A program made the translations under genes and the position numbers. The notes below the pieces were generated by a model. The model ran no database searches and was not told the DNA's origin. It worked only from the letters and a program-made list of their open reading frames with translations. From assembly GCA_031283585.1 (NCBI GenBank), contig JAITBP010000011.1:30001-62000 (forward strand): a DNA stretch of 32,000 nt. The letters run 5' to 3'. This DNA comes from Puniceicoccales bacterium. GTDB lineage: Bacteria; Verrucomicrobiota; Verrucomicrobiia; Opitutales; LL51. Shown one piece after another: positions 23,150 through 32,000 of the stretch. Within the stretch, counting starts at the first letter, position 1; each line of letters opens with the position of its first letter.

Positions 23150-24775
23150 ATGGGTGTAGATAGCATAAATTTTGGCAATAACATACCTCAGTTTAATACA
23201 TCTAAAACAAATCCAAACGAAAGCAACATCAAATTAGTCAATAATTCTGGTGGATTTCATTATTTAAAATTTAAAGAAGGTCTTGGTGCAGAATCAAAGG
23301 TTAAACACACGAATTTAGCTGATAGATCTGCTAAAGTATTGAATAGGGAAACGGCTGTGGAAGAAAACAATGATGTCGCTAAAAGTAGTGATGTTGACGA
23401 TATCAGTAAGGTAGCCATAGGGTCCGCATCGGATAGGGTCGCAATTGCCAAGGGTTTGATGACAAAAATCGCCGAAGAAGACACGGTTCTGTCCGAAGGC
23501 AAAAATAGCCTGGCATCCCATAGAAAACCCGGTGACCAGGTTTGTATCCGGGTGCTACATGATCTGGTGAGTGTGGCTATGGGAAATGCGAATAATTCTA
23601 AACCTATTTTCAAGCGCGACGATCTGGAAAAACTGGTGTCCACATTCTGCCCAGATAAATTAGACATGTTTAAAAACATGCCGGCCACAGACACTGGAAT
23701 ATATAAAGCATTATTAGGGGCAATAAAGGAGGGAATGAATAACTATATACTTGACCAATCTAACCTGGAAATGAAAAATTTTAAAACTCCTTCGAAGGCC
23801 CAGTGCAGATCTCTTGAAAAAGTGATGTCATCAACACTGCAATCCATGTCCGGAACGGGCCGGACCGGCTATAAAAATATGACGATCTTTGGCCGGGAAG
23901 AAAGGCTGCGGACTGTTGGAAAGGTTTTGAAGTATATTGCTACTGCCATCTCCATTGCAAGCATTGCCACTTCGGTGGTATTGACTGGTGGAGCAATGCT
24001 CGGTGTTATCGGTGCAGTTAGTACAGGGGTAAGCATGTCGATCAGCATTAGCGCAAATTTAGCTCAGCTATCGTTTAATTGTGCCAGAGAGCAGGTGGAA
24101 TTTGATACTAGAGCCACTGGTGAGGTGAAGATGAATGCTAGAATGCTTGTTTGCGTAGCTAGCTTTGTTAATATTGCAAAAGATTTTGTAAAAATTGCTC
24201 AATCGGTTGTGAATGTTAGTAAGAAAATTGCAAATACTAGTAAAAGAGTTGTGAATTTTTTTAGAAAAAATCCAACGGAACAGGAAGATGCTTCTGTTAG
24301 TAAGCCGGGTGTTATAGAGAGGTTTATAAACAAGGCCTATTCAGTCTTAGATACTAGGGCCAACAATCTTCTTTTGGCTTCCGAAATTGATTCAAAAATG
24401 CAAGAACTCACCGCAGGCTTTCCACCTGGTCCGGATACTCCTAACTTTGATATAAACTTTGCCAAAACCGTGTTGGAAACCATGAAAGGCAATGAGCAGA
24501 TTGAAACTATTAACAATATGATTGCGGTATTCTCCGGAGTATTGAAAAAAGTACCTGAAGACCAGCTGGATACCTGCCTAGCCCAGATAAAAAGTATTGC
24601 GGATTCTGTTCTGCGTATGTCAATGCCCGAAGGACAGGAATCCGACGCTCACATCATGATGAAATATATTTCGAATCAGCTCGGCGATGAAACACTCATC
24701 AACGCTGACAGCTTAAAAAATGATATACAGATAATACTTAACAACTACGTAAATAGGCCGATAATAACCCAATAA
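23150..24775 (+). CDS. Hypothetical protein, paralogue 1 (541 aa): polar N-terminus, central bilobed hydrophobic domain
   Basis: Long intact ORF, clearly paralogous to 24951..26687. No signal peptide. Hydrophobic aa ~257-308 (YIATAISIASIATSVVLTGGAMLGVIGAVSTGVSMSISISANLA). I recognise no known domain. Confidence 0.8.
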   Translation: MGVDSINFGNNIPQFNTSKTNPNESNIKLVNNSGGFHYLKFKEGLGAESKVKHTNLADRSAKVLNRETAVEENNDVAKSSDVDDISKVAIGSASDRVAIAKGLMTKIAEEDTVLSEGKNSLASHRKPGDQVCIRVLHDLVSVAMGNANNSKPIFKRDDLEKLVSTFCPDKLDMFKNMPATDTGIYKALLGAIKEGMNNYILDQSNLEMKNFKTPSKAQCRSLEKVMSSTLQSMSGTGRTGYKNMTIFGREERLRTVGKVLKYIATAISIASIATSVVLTGGAMLGVIGAVSTGVSMSISISANLAQLSFNCAREQVEFDTRATGEVKMNARMLVCVASFVNIAKDFVKIAQSVVNVSKKIANTSKRVVNFFRKNPTEQEDASVSKPGVIERFINKAYSVLDTRANNLLLASEIDSKMQELTAGFPPGPDTPNFDINFAKTVLETMKGNEQIETINNMIAVFSGVLKKVPEDQLDTCLAQIKSIADSVLRMSMPEGQESDAHIMMKYISNQLGDETLINADSLKNDIQIILNNYVNRPIITQ

Positions 24776-24893
24776 ACGAGTTTTTGCCTAGAAAAATATA
24801 TTAAATATTTAAATAAATGCCAGCACTTCAAAAATGTCGCATTTCGATATTGACAACCATCATGTTTGCGGTTCCCAGGATGTCATAAATTCA

Positions 24894-24921
24894 TTGCCAA
24901 GTTAATCCAATTTTTTAAGCT
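24894..24921 (+). promoter_or_regulatory. Putative promoter of paralogue 2 (TTGCCA-16 nt-TAAGCT)
   Basis: TTGCCA at 24894-24899, a 16-nt spacer, and TAAGCT at 24916-24921. Same position relative to the shared CATAAATTCATTGCCAA block and to the start codon as in paralogue 1. Confidence 0.3.
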
Positions 24922-24950
24922 ATTTAATCTTGGTATGAGTAGGTGACGCT

Positions 24951-26687
24951 ATGGATAGAATTGGTACAAATAATTCGATGCCTCAGCCCATCGCTGCTAC
25001 AGCAAATAAAAACGGTATTGGACATGTTAATGCCTCTAATTGTTCGTTTCATTTTTTGAAACTTAGGAAAGGCCTAGGTGGAGCACCAAATATTGAGACT
25101 TCACCTCTGGAGAATAAATCTGTTAGTAGTGCTAATAAAGCCAATTCCATGTTGATAAATTCCATGGACGATAAAGCAACCATAGCGAGGTCATTGATTA
25201 ACAAAGTTAAGGAAGAGGAATCAATTTTGTCCAACGGTAAAAATAGCCTAACCTCTAGGAGAAAACCAGGAAGCCAGGTATGCTTGAAGGTATTATCAGA
25301 TTTGATCGCCGTGGCCGAGGCAAATGGTAATAAAAATCAAGTCTTTTGCAATAAAGACATGAAAAATTTGATAACCATATTCTGCCCAGATAAGCTCGGT
25401 GTGTTCGAAAATATGGATGTTACATCCGAGGGTCAAATGAAAGGAATCCTTAACGAAATAAAGAATGGGATAAATGGTTATATAGGTGTAGATAATGCAC
25501 TTCCGGAGCGTGTTCCTTCAAAATCCCAGTGTAAATCTTTGGAAAATGTGATGGCGTCAACCTTGCAGTCCATGTCCGGAGTTGGTAGGACCGGTTACAA
25601 AAATATGACTATTTGTGGCCGGAGTGAAAGACTGGCGACCATAGGTAAGGTATTGAAAGTGATTGGTTCTGCTGTGGCTATTGGTGCGATGGTTACCGCA
25701 GGGGTGCTATCCGGTGGCACCTTATTTGCCATTGGAGGTGTAGCCATATCGTTAAATATTGCCGTTGGCGGAGGTGCTGCACTTGGAGGGTTGGCTGTTT
25801 ATCTAGCCGGGTCCAATACAGAACTTAATGCAAGAGCCAATGCTGATATACCATTTAAGGCAAGGCTGATGTGTACTTTGGCCAATGCTGCCAGCTATAT
25901 ATCGGTTGTTGGGAGTATTTCCCACATAGTTGCAGAATTTACCGACATAAATATCCCACTGCTGGGGACCGTAGTTTCAAAGCTGGATAATTTATCGAGA
26001 GTGATTACTTATGCTGCTGAAATGAGCATACAAATTCAATCATTTATGGCTATGGTAAAAGATGATCTTTCTATTAATAATAAGTATAAGCCAGAACTTG
26101 ACATTGATTTTAAAGAGATGCTTGATGCTCTTAAAAGTAATGATTCAAGCAGGATTGTTAATAAAATATTTACAAAATTTTCAGGAATATTAAATGAAAT
26201 GCCGGATGATAAGATGTGCGTATATTCTGATAAAATGTGTGATATATTAGAATCGATTTCACACTTTGTTGTGTCGACAGATAATGCAACAAAGGTAATT
26301 GGTGGTGAATTGCAACCCAATATACTTAGCCAGTCCGGTCATTTTGCTGAAGTAATAGAAAATGCCGTGGATATGATGAATACTTTTAATGAAATTGTTG
26401 CTAATAATACCAAATCTGGGACCCTGGATGGTGGAAAGGATTTATTTAAAGATATATTTTCAATCCTTGTCCTTAACTCTATTGAAGGAAGTACTACGAT
26501 TAATATCAATATTGATGTTGGTAGTTATGCAAAGAAAAATAGTGAATTTAAAAACGTCCTGACTGCTTTTGACTCTAAAGTAAAGAGTAAAATAGAAGCA
26601 AGAAACTTCAATGCTCCGGGTAGTTGGTCTAATTTGTCTATGTTCCTGTCCAGAGCGTTAGCTACCTGCCCATTGGATAAAAATTGA
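24951..26687 (+). CDS. Hypothetical protein, paralogue 2 (578 aa): polar N-terminus, central bilobed hydrophobic domain
   Basis: Long intact ORF. The N-terminal ~230 aa align with paralogue 1. Hydrophobic aa ~231-288 (IGKVLKVIGSAVAIGAMVTAGVLSGGTLFAIGGVAISLNIAVGGGAALGGLAVYLAGS). AGGTGA lies 6 nt upstream of the ATG. Confidence 0.8.
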   Translation: MDRIGTNNSMPQPIAATANKNGIGHVNASNCSFHFLKLRKGLGGAPNIETSPLENKSVSSANKANSMLINSMDDKATIARSLINKVKEEESILSNGKNSLTSRRKPGSQVCLKVLSDLIAVAEANGNKNQVFCNKDMKNLITIFCPDKLGVFENMDVTSEGQMKGILNEIKNGINGYIGVDNALPERVPSKSQCKSLENVMASTLQSMSGVGRTGYKNMTICGRSERLATIGKVLKVIGSAVAIGAMVTAGVLSGGTLFAIGGVAISLNIAVGGGAALGGLAVYLAGSNTELNARANADIPFKARLMCTLANAASYISVVGSISHIVAEFTDINIPLLGTVVSKLDNLSRVITYAAEMSIQIQSFMAMVKDDLSINNKYKPELDIDFKEMLDALKSNDSSRIVNKIFTKFSGILNEMPDDKMCVYSDKMCDILESISHFVVSTDNATKVIGGELQPNILSQSGHFAEVIENAVDMMNTFNEIVANNTKSGTLDGGKDLFKDIFSILVLNSIEGSTTININIDVGSYAKKNSEFKNVLTAFDSKVKSKIEARNFNAPGSWSNLSMFLSRALATCPLDKN

Positions 26688-26764
26688 AAGACTGCAGCTA
26701 ATCCATCGAAAACATGGTTTTGCCTAGATTCAACCAAAACCAAAGGTTGTTTCTGATCTATTTG

Positions 26765-28594
26765 CTATGCTTTTCCGTATAGATTGGCCCATTCGGCTTC
26801 CAATTTTGATAATTTTTTCTCTATTTCTGATAATTTTTCGAAAATTTCGGTGGAATAGCTGTTGTACAATATTGTTTCCAGTTCGGATTTTTTCAAATTA
26901 TAGGATTCCATTTCTTCCTCCAGTGCCTTCAATTTTTTTTTGGTTTGAGCCGATGCTCTATCTGGGTTTTGCTGTGGTTTTTCAGATTTTTTCCGACCAC
27001 CGGGTTGTTCTCGTTGGTCCCTTAGTAGATAGTCGATGTAATCATTCAAATCACCGTCGAATGGCTGGCAAAGATGGTCCTTAACTATCAGCAGTTGATC
27101 ACAGGTGGCTTCAATGGTATGGAAATCGTGGGTCACAAGTACCAGGGTGCCGGTGTATTTATTTATGGCATCGATAAGTGCTTCCCGGGCTTCTATGTCC
27201 AGATGATTCGTTGGCTCATCGAGGACCAAAATATGTGGTGAATTTCTTGTTATCACTGACAGCAACAGCCGGGTTTTTTCTCCACCAGATAGCTTGGAAA
27301 TAACCGTGTCCGCTCGTTGCTGGGTTAGGCCGAATCTAGCCAGTTGGCTGCGGACACTTTGTTCTTTTTCACCGGCCAGGGCCGAGCTTAGGGTTTCGTA
27401 GGGCGTCTTGGTTAGCTGTAACTCATCCGTTTGTTGCTGAGAGAAATAGGCTGATTTTAGGCCTTTTGCGAACTCGATCGATCCAGCCAGTGGATTGAGT
27501 CTATTTGCGATTAATTTCACGAGAGTTGATTTGCCGTTTCCATTTGCTCCTAGTATGGCAATGCGATCTGTCATGTCGATTTTCAGGTTCAGGTCATGGA
27601 TAACGATCTTGTCACCGTAGCCGACGGTACAGTTCTTTATTTGAACCAGAAGTCTATCTATCACAGATGGTTGTGGGAATTCAAATCTGGTAGAATGTTC
27701 CGGTGGAATCTTTGGAAGCGCTTCCATTTTTTCCAACATTTTTATCCGACTTTGGGCCTGTTTAGCCTTGGATGCCTTGTATCTGAACCTGTCCACGAAG
27801 GCCTGTAGATGCTTGCGCGAGGATTCCTGTTTTTCTATATTTTTCGACAATTCTTGCAGACGCCTTGCCCTGGTTTCTTCGAAGGTGTCGTAGTTGCCGG
27901 AATATAGTTTGATCGATGAGTTGCTCAGGTGTAAGATCTTATCGCACAGGCTGTTTAACAAGTCACGCTCGTGGCTTATGATTAAAATGGATTTGTTCAG
28001 TTTTCCGAGGTAGTTTTTTAACCAGGCGCAGGTTTCAAAGTCCAGGTGATTTGTCGGTTCGTCAAGCAACAAAATATCCGATGGTGCGAATAATGTTGCG
28101 GCCAGAGCGGCCCGAACCTGCCAACCACCAGAAAACTCCGAAAGTGGTTTTGCCATGTCGCTGGACGAAAACCCAAGCCCGGCCAATATTGCCGAGGCCT
28201 GACTTTCGGCAGAAAACCCGCCGATTGACTGAAATTGTTCGTATAGCTCCGCCAGGGCATTGCCGTCTTCCTCGTTGTCTATCATGACCTTAAGTTTCGT
28301 TAATTCGGTGTTGGAGGATAACACGAGATTCAGGACCGTCTGGGTTCTATCTTGCAATTCCTGATGAACCGTTACCACCTTCTGTCGGTTTGGTACCGTT
28401 ATTTCGCCGCAGTCGATGGTTTCTTTCCCTAGTATTAGTTTGAACAACGTCGTCTTGCCACAGCCGTTATGTCCCACCACACCAATTTTCGAACTATCTG
28501 GAATAGAGACAGATACGTCATCGAAAAGCACTCGATTGCCCAGGCGAAACGTCAAGTTTTTTATGTTAATCATCGTTAATTGCTGCACTAGCAT
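26765..28594 (-). CDS. ABC-F family ATPase (Uup/YheS/EttA-like translation factor; no membrane domain)
   Basis: Two ABC cassettes: Walker A GHNGCGKTT and GANGNGKST, signatures FSGGWQ and LSGGEK, Walker B LLLDEPTNHLD and LVLDEPTNHLD. An inter-domain linker and a Lys/Glu-rich coiled-coil C-terminus are present. The MINIKNLTF start at 28573 is an equally plausible start. Confidence 0.85.
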   Translation of the reverse strand: MLVQQLTMINIKNLTFRLGNRVLFDDVSVSIPDSSKIGVVGHNGCGKTTLFKLILGKETIDCGEITVPNRQKVVTVHQELQDRTQTVLNLVLSSNTELTKLKVMIDNEEDGNALAELYEQFQSIGGFSAESQASAILAGLGFSSSDMAKPLSEFSGGWQVRAALAATLFAPSDILLLDEPTNHLDFETCAWLKNYLGKLNKSILIISHERDLLNSLCDKILHLSNSSIKLYSGNYDTFEETRARRLQELSKNIEKQESSRKHLQAFVDRFRYKASKAKQAQSRIKMLEKMEALPKIPPEHSTRFEFPQPSVIDRLLVQIKNCTVGYGDKIVIHDLNLKIDMTDRIAILGANGNGKSTLVKLIANRLNPLAGSIEFAKGLKSAYFSQQQTDELQLTKTPYETLSSALAGEKEQSVRSQLARFGLTQQRADTVISKLSGGEKTRLLLSVITRNSPHILVLDEPTNHLDIEAREALIDAINKYTGTLVLVTHDFHTIEATCDQLLIVKDHLCQPFDGDLNDYIDYLLRDQREQPGGRKKSEKPQQNPDRASAQTKKKLKALEEEMESYNLKKSELETILYNSYSTEIFEKLSEIEKKLSKLEAEWANLYGKA

Positions 28595-28614
28595 ACTTGG
28601 CTAGAGCTGCAAAA

Positions 28615-30108
28615 TCAATAAGATTTTGCCCAGATAGCCCGGTATTCTCCGGGATTTCCGGTGAATGGACATCTGCCTTGATTGGAAGTGTTTTCAGGGA
28701 TGCATCTTATGGTTACACCGAGGTCTTTTTTTATCTTTGCTTCGGTTTCCTTTGAACCATCCCAGTAGGAAATTGCAAAACCACCGCCTTGGTTTTCGTC
28801 ATCAAAAAATTCATAAAAATTTTTTTTCGAATCTATTTCCACGGTATTTTTTTTCCTGAATTCCAGTGCCCGGTTGAACAAGCTGTCCTGGACGGATTTT
28901 AATAGGGTTGGTAGGGTTTGGATGAAAACCGGCGATTTTTCCGATGTTTTTATCAAACTATCTCTGCGGATGTAGCTCAGGGATAGGTTTTCTATCTCTT
29001 TGTTACCCAACTCTATAATGATCGGAACGCCTTTTTTTATCCAGGTCCATAGTTTATCGCCGCCACGCATATCTCTTCTGTCGATTTCAATTTTTATTGG
29101 TTTACCTTCGAAGGTCTTCTCCGTTAGTTCCTTGCATAACCTGTCGCAGGCTTCTAGTATTTTCGGCCTGGAGGTCTCGTCATGGATCACCGGTAATATA
29201 ACTGCTTGAAGTGGAGCTAGTTTAGGTGGTAGAACCAGGCCATCATCATCCGAGTGGATCATGATTAGACCACCAATCAGGCGCGTTGATACGCCCCAGG
29301 AAGTGGTCCAGGCAAATTCTTCCGAGCCATCGCGCCCCATGAATTTTATCTTCGATGCCTGGGAAAAATTTTGGCCCAGAAAGTGAGATGTGCCGACCTG
29401 GAGGGCTTTTTTGTCCTGCATCATCGCCTCGATACAGTAGGTATCCACCGCTCCTGGAAAGCGTTCTGAATCGCTTTTCCGGCCACAGATAACCGGCATG
29501 GCCGCAAAATCTTCGGCAAATCTCCGATAACATTCCAGCATGCACTTGGTTTCCTCGATGGCTTCTTCGATGGTTTCATGTGCTGTATGCCCTTCTTGCC
29601 AAAGGAATTCTGTTGTTCTCAGGAACATTCGTGTTCGCATTTCCCAGCGGACCACGTTCGCCCACTGGTTGATCAACAGTGGCAGGTCTCTGTAGGACTG
29701 GACCCATTTTGCAAATGATTCACCGATAATGGTTTCTGATGTTGGCCTGACGATGAGAGGCTCTTCCAGAGGTGCTACGGGAACCAATTCACCTGATTCA
29801 TTAGTCTCTAGGCGAGAATGAGTTACCACAGCACATTCCTTGGCAAACCCTTCCACATGCTCGGCTTCCCTGGCTAGAAGTTTCAATGGAATAAACAGTG
29901 GAAAGTAGGCATTCCTGTGGCCGGTGGCTTTGAACATTTCGTCTAGTAGGGCAGTCATATTTTCCCAAATGGCGTAGCCCCAAGGTTTTATCACCATGCA
30001 TCCCCGAACCACACTGGGCTCGGCCAGATCCGCTGCGGTGATAATCTGCTGGTACCATTCCGGATAATTTTCCGATCTCAGTGGTGAAATTGCGTGTTTT
30101 TTGCTCAT
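28615..30108 (-). CDS. proS: Proline--tRNA ligase, short archaeal/eukaryote-like type (no INS editing domain)
   Basis: 497 aa. N-terminus ...NYPEWYQQIITAADLAE.S.VRGCMVIKPWGYAIWE, class II core (FLRTTEFLWQEGHTAH, GTSHFLGQNFS), and a C-terminal extension ending in the conserved terminal Tyr (..WAKSY). Confidence 0.9.
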   Translation of the reverse strand: MSKKHAISPLRSENYPEWYQQIITAADLAEPSVVRGCMVIKPWGYAIWENMTALLDEMFKATGHRNAYFPLFIPLKLLAREAEHVEGFAKECAVVTHSRLETNESGELVPVAPLEEPLIVRPTSETIIGESFAKWVQSYRDLPLLINQWANVVRWEMRTRMFLRTTEFLWQEGHTAHETIEEAIEETKCMLECYRRFAEDFAAMPVICGRKSDSERFPGAVDTYCIEAMMQDKKALQVGTSHFLGQNFSQASKIKFMGRDGSEEFAWTTSWGVSTRLIGGLIMIHSDDDGLVLPPKLAPLQAVILPVIHDETSRPKILEACDRLCKELTEKTFEGKPIKIEIDRRDMRGGDKLWTWIKKGVPIIIELGNKEIENLSLSYIRRDSLIKTSEKSPVFIQTLPTLLKSVQDSLFNRALEFRKKNTVEIDSKKNFYEFFDDENQGGGFAISYWDGSKETEAKIKKDLGVTIRCIPENTSNQGRCPFTGNPGEYRAIWAKSY

Positions 30109-32000
30109 GTTTTTAGTAAATTTAGCGAATCCAATAGGGATTGGAGTTCGGTATGTTTTTTTAGATTTTCTTCGAGTAATTTTTTCGCACCCTCAACTAT
30201 TTGCTGTGGAGCACTGCTAATAAATGCCTTATCGTCCAATTTGGATTGATTTTTTGCTATCAATTGATTGACCTTTTGGATCTCAATTGCGAGTCTCTGC
30301 TTTTCACCGGCCAGATCTATCTGGTTGGCTAGGTCCAGGTACATGGTTCCATCAGGAGTTAAAACAGCCGGCAGATCTAGCCCGGAGTCGGTTTTTATAA
30401 TTTCCTCTGCACCAATGAAATGCCTAATAATTTTGCCATAGTTTGAAATGATGGAGTCATGGCCATCGGCTGGTTTATGGTAAAAAGTTACGTCTTTTTT
30501 GGCGGCCAGTCCATATTTGGCTTTTAGTGCCCGAGATAGTGATATAACTTCTTTAACAATAGAGACTTCCAGTAAAGAATCCTCGTCAAGTTTCAGGCCC
30601 GTGGATTCCAGTCTGGCCAACAGATCAGCCACGGATTCTATCTTCTGGTCATTTATAAATCCGGTTCCATAGCCTGCTGTGTGCCATAACTCCTCTGTTA
30701 TGAACGGGATAAATGGATGCAAAATCAACAGGCATTGCCGCAGGACCAGGTCGTATATGGCAATTACCGATGCCGTCTGGGTTATCTTGGATAGCTCCAG
30801 GTACCAGTCGCAGAAGTCTTTCCAGAAGAATGAGTAGATTATCTGCAAAGCTCGATTAAATTCGTATTTTGCCATGGATTCTTCAAATTCGGTCAAAATT
30901 CTTAATAATTGGGTCAATAGGGCTCCATCTAGTCGTGAAGTTTCCTTTGGATTTATACGAGAAAAAATCCCTTCAATGGTTTTATCCTGGTTACCTTGAT
31001 TTTCTTGTCTTTCTTCAAGTGTTTGCCTGAACCGGAAGGCATTCCACAGTTTATTGCAAAAATTACGGCCAAACTCTACCCGTTCTTCGAAAAATAAAAT
31101 ATCTTGGCCCTGGGGAGCCATGGATAATAGTCCGAATCTTAGCCCATCGGCCCCATATTTTTTGATTAGGTCCAATGGTTCCGGTGAATTCCCAAGGCTC
31201 TTTGACATCTTTCGGCCAAGCTTGTCGCGAATTATGCCGGTGAAGTAAACGTTTGCAAAGGGTATGCGTTCACCTAGCTCGTCGATAGAAAGAGTGTTTT
31301 TATCCTTATCGTCGTTCAGTAGTTCAAGGGAGGCTATGATCATTCTGGCTACCCAGAAAAAAATTATGTCAGGTCCGGTAACCAGGTCGCTGGTAGGGTA
31401 GAAATAGTCGAACCCGTTTGTCTTCATTTTTTCCAGGTCTGGCCAGCCAAAGGTCGCCAGTGGCCATATTGCCGAGGAGAACCAGGTATCTAACACATCT
31501 TCATCCTGTTCCCAATTCTCCCTGTCGCTAGGGCCGGTGAGGGATACATGGATATGGGCCGGATTGTTTCTGTCGTAGCCTTTTCGATACCAAACAGGTA
31601 TCCTGTGTCCCCACCAGAGCTGTCGACTTATACACCAATCCTTGATGTGTTCAAGCCAATGCAGATAGGTTTTTGTCCATCTTTCTGGCCTGAACCTTAT
31701 GAGCCCATTCAAAACCACCGCTTTGGCTTCCTCGATTTTTGGATATTTTAAAAACCATTGCTCGGAAAGCCTTGGCTCGACCGGAACATTTGCCCTTTCG
31801 GAAAATCCTACGTTGCTCAAGTAGGGCTCTTCTTTTATCAGTAGGCCAAGCTCGCCTAATTTCTTCACCGAGATTTCTCTTGCCATGAATCGATCCATGC
31901 CATCAAAATCGCTACCTGCCAGGGAATTTAGCGTACCGTCAGGATTCATTATGTCTAGGAACTCCAGCTGGTGTCTTTGGCCGATTTCAAAATCTATGGC
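30105..32000 (-). CDS. valS: Valine--tRNA ligase, C-terminal ~630 codons (5' end outside window)
   Basis: WCISRQLWWGHRIP, DVLDTWFSS, KMSKSLGNS, the anticodon-binding domain and a C-terminal coiled coil. The frame stays open upstream of the first Met to the window edge (AIDFEIGQRHQLEFLDI-MNPDG...). The stop overlaps the proS start (ATGA). Confidence 0.95.
   Translation of the reverse strand, partial: AIDFEIGQRHQLEFLDIMNPDGTLNSLAGSDFDGMDRFMAREISVKKLGELGLLIKEEPYLSNVGFSERANVPVEPRLSEQWFLKYPKIEEAKAVVLNGLIRFRPERWTKTYLHWLEHIKDWCISRQLWWGHRIPVWYRKGYDRNNPAHIHVSLTGPSDRENWEQDEDVLDTWFSSAIWPLATFGWPDLEKMKTNGFDYFYPTSDLVTGPDIIFFWVARMIIASLELLNDDKDKNTLSIDELGERIPFANVYFTGIIRDKLGRKMSKSLGNSPEPLDLIKKYGADGLRFGLLSMAPQGQDILFFEERVEFGRNFCNKLWNAFRFRQTLEERQENQGNQDKTIEGIFSRINPKETSRLDGALLTQLLRILTEFEESMAKYEFNRALQIIYSFFWKDFCDWYLELSKITQTASVIAIYDLVLRQCLLILHPFIPFITEELWHTAGYGTGFINDQKIESVADLLARLESTGLKLDEDSLLEVSIVKEVISLSRALKAKYGLAAKKDVTFYHKPADGHDSIISNYGKIIRHFIGAEEIIKTDSGLDLPAVLTPDGTMYLDLANQIDLAGEKQRLAIEIQKVNQLIAKNQSKLDDKAFISSAPQQIVEGAKKLLEENLKKHTELQSLLDSLNLLKT

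Noticed and set aside
24850-24855. A perfect TTGACA upstream of paralogue 2.
   Set aside because: No acceptable -10 hexamer lies 16-18 nt downstream (GTTCCC region). The conserved TTGCCA-16-TAAGCT element closer to the gene is the better candidate.
22642-26687. yraN plus the two paralogues as a three-gene nuclease-plus-membrane-effector defence operon.
   Set aside because: YraN (UPF0102) is a widely conserved housekeeping-type gene. A 94-nt gap with its own promoter-like element separates it from paralogue 1, and each paralogue has its own promoter copy. There are no ATPase, sensor or other defence-associated domains.
22566-26764. An integrative genomic island inserted at the tRNA-Thr 3' end, and likewise the islet at tRNA-Gln.
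   Set aside because: There is no integrase, recombinase or transposase. I found no direct repeat of the tRNA-Thr 3' end (..TTCCCGGCTCCA) downstream of the paralogues. The tRNA-Gln islet lies at the 5' side of the tRNA, not the usual 3' att side. Lower GC alone is insufficient.

Overview
This window is 32 kb of a very gene-dense bacterial chromosome. It is moderately AT-rich, codes on both strands, and many genes abut or overlap by 0-4 nt. I count about 30 protein genes, six tRNAs and a one-piece tmRNA. The tRNAs are Asp-GTC, Gln-CTG, Gly-TCC, Lys-TTT, Thr-TGT and Thr-CGT, all with an encoded CCA. Most of the content is housekeeping or translation related: greA (3' end only), a comF-like gene, topoisomerase III, gpmI followed by a prepilin peptidase, tsaD, lpxA, rpmI-rplT-pheS, sfsA, an M23 peptidase, a dimeric-type dUTPase, efp, lepA-exonuclease-rlmD-like, fabG, a lone OppC-type permease, yraN, an ABC-F ATPase, proS (short archaeal-like form) and valS (5' end outside the window). 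A 53-aa 'small basic protein' of the kind I associate with the PVC superphylum, plus scarce Shine-Dalgarno motifs, hints at a Verrucomicrobia/Lentisphaerae/Chlamydiae-like organism. That assignment is inference only. I saw no CRISPR array, IS element, integrase, prophage or recognisable defence or toxin-antitoxin system. The most unusual content is a lower-GC tandem pair of divergent paralogues at 23150-26687, each with its own duplicated promoter-like element. They encode 541 and 578 aa proteins with polar N-termini that lack a signal peptide and a central bilobed hydrophobic domain. I recognise no characterised family for them, so they are candidates for a lineage-specific secreted or membrane-inserting protein family. 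Secondary oddities are listed as findings: a tRNA-Gly/tmRNA tandem, G+T5-7 periodic tracts bracketing the small-basic-protein gene, a possible unannotated 95-aa membrane ORF coupled to tsaD, an Arg-tip EF-P, a small low-GC islet beside tRNA-Gln, and convergent genes with no room for terminators. All homology calls rest on motif recognition by eye; no searches were run.
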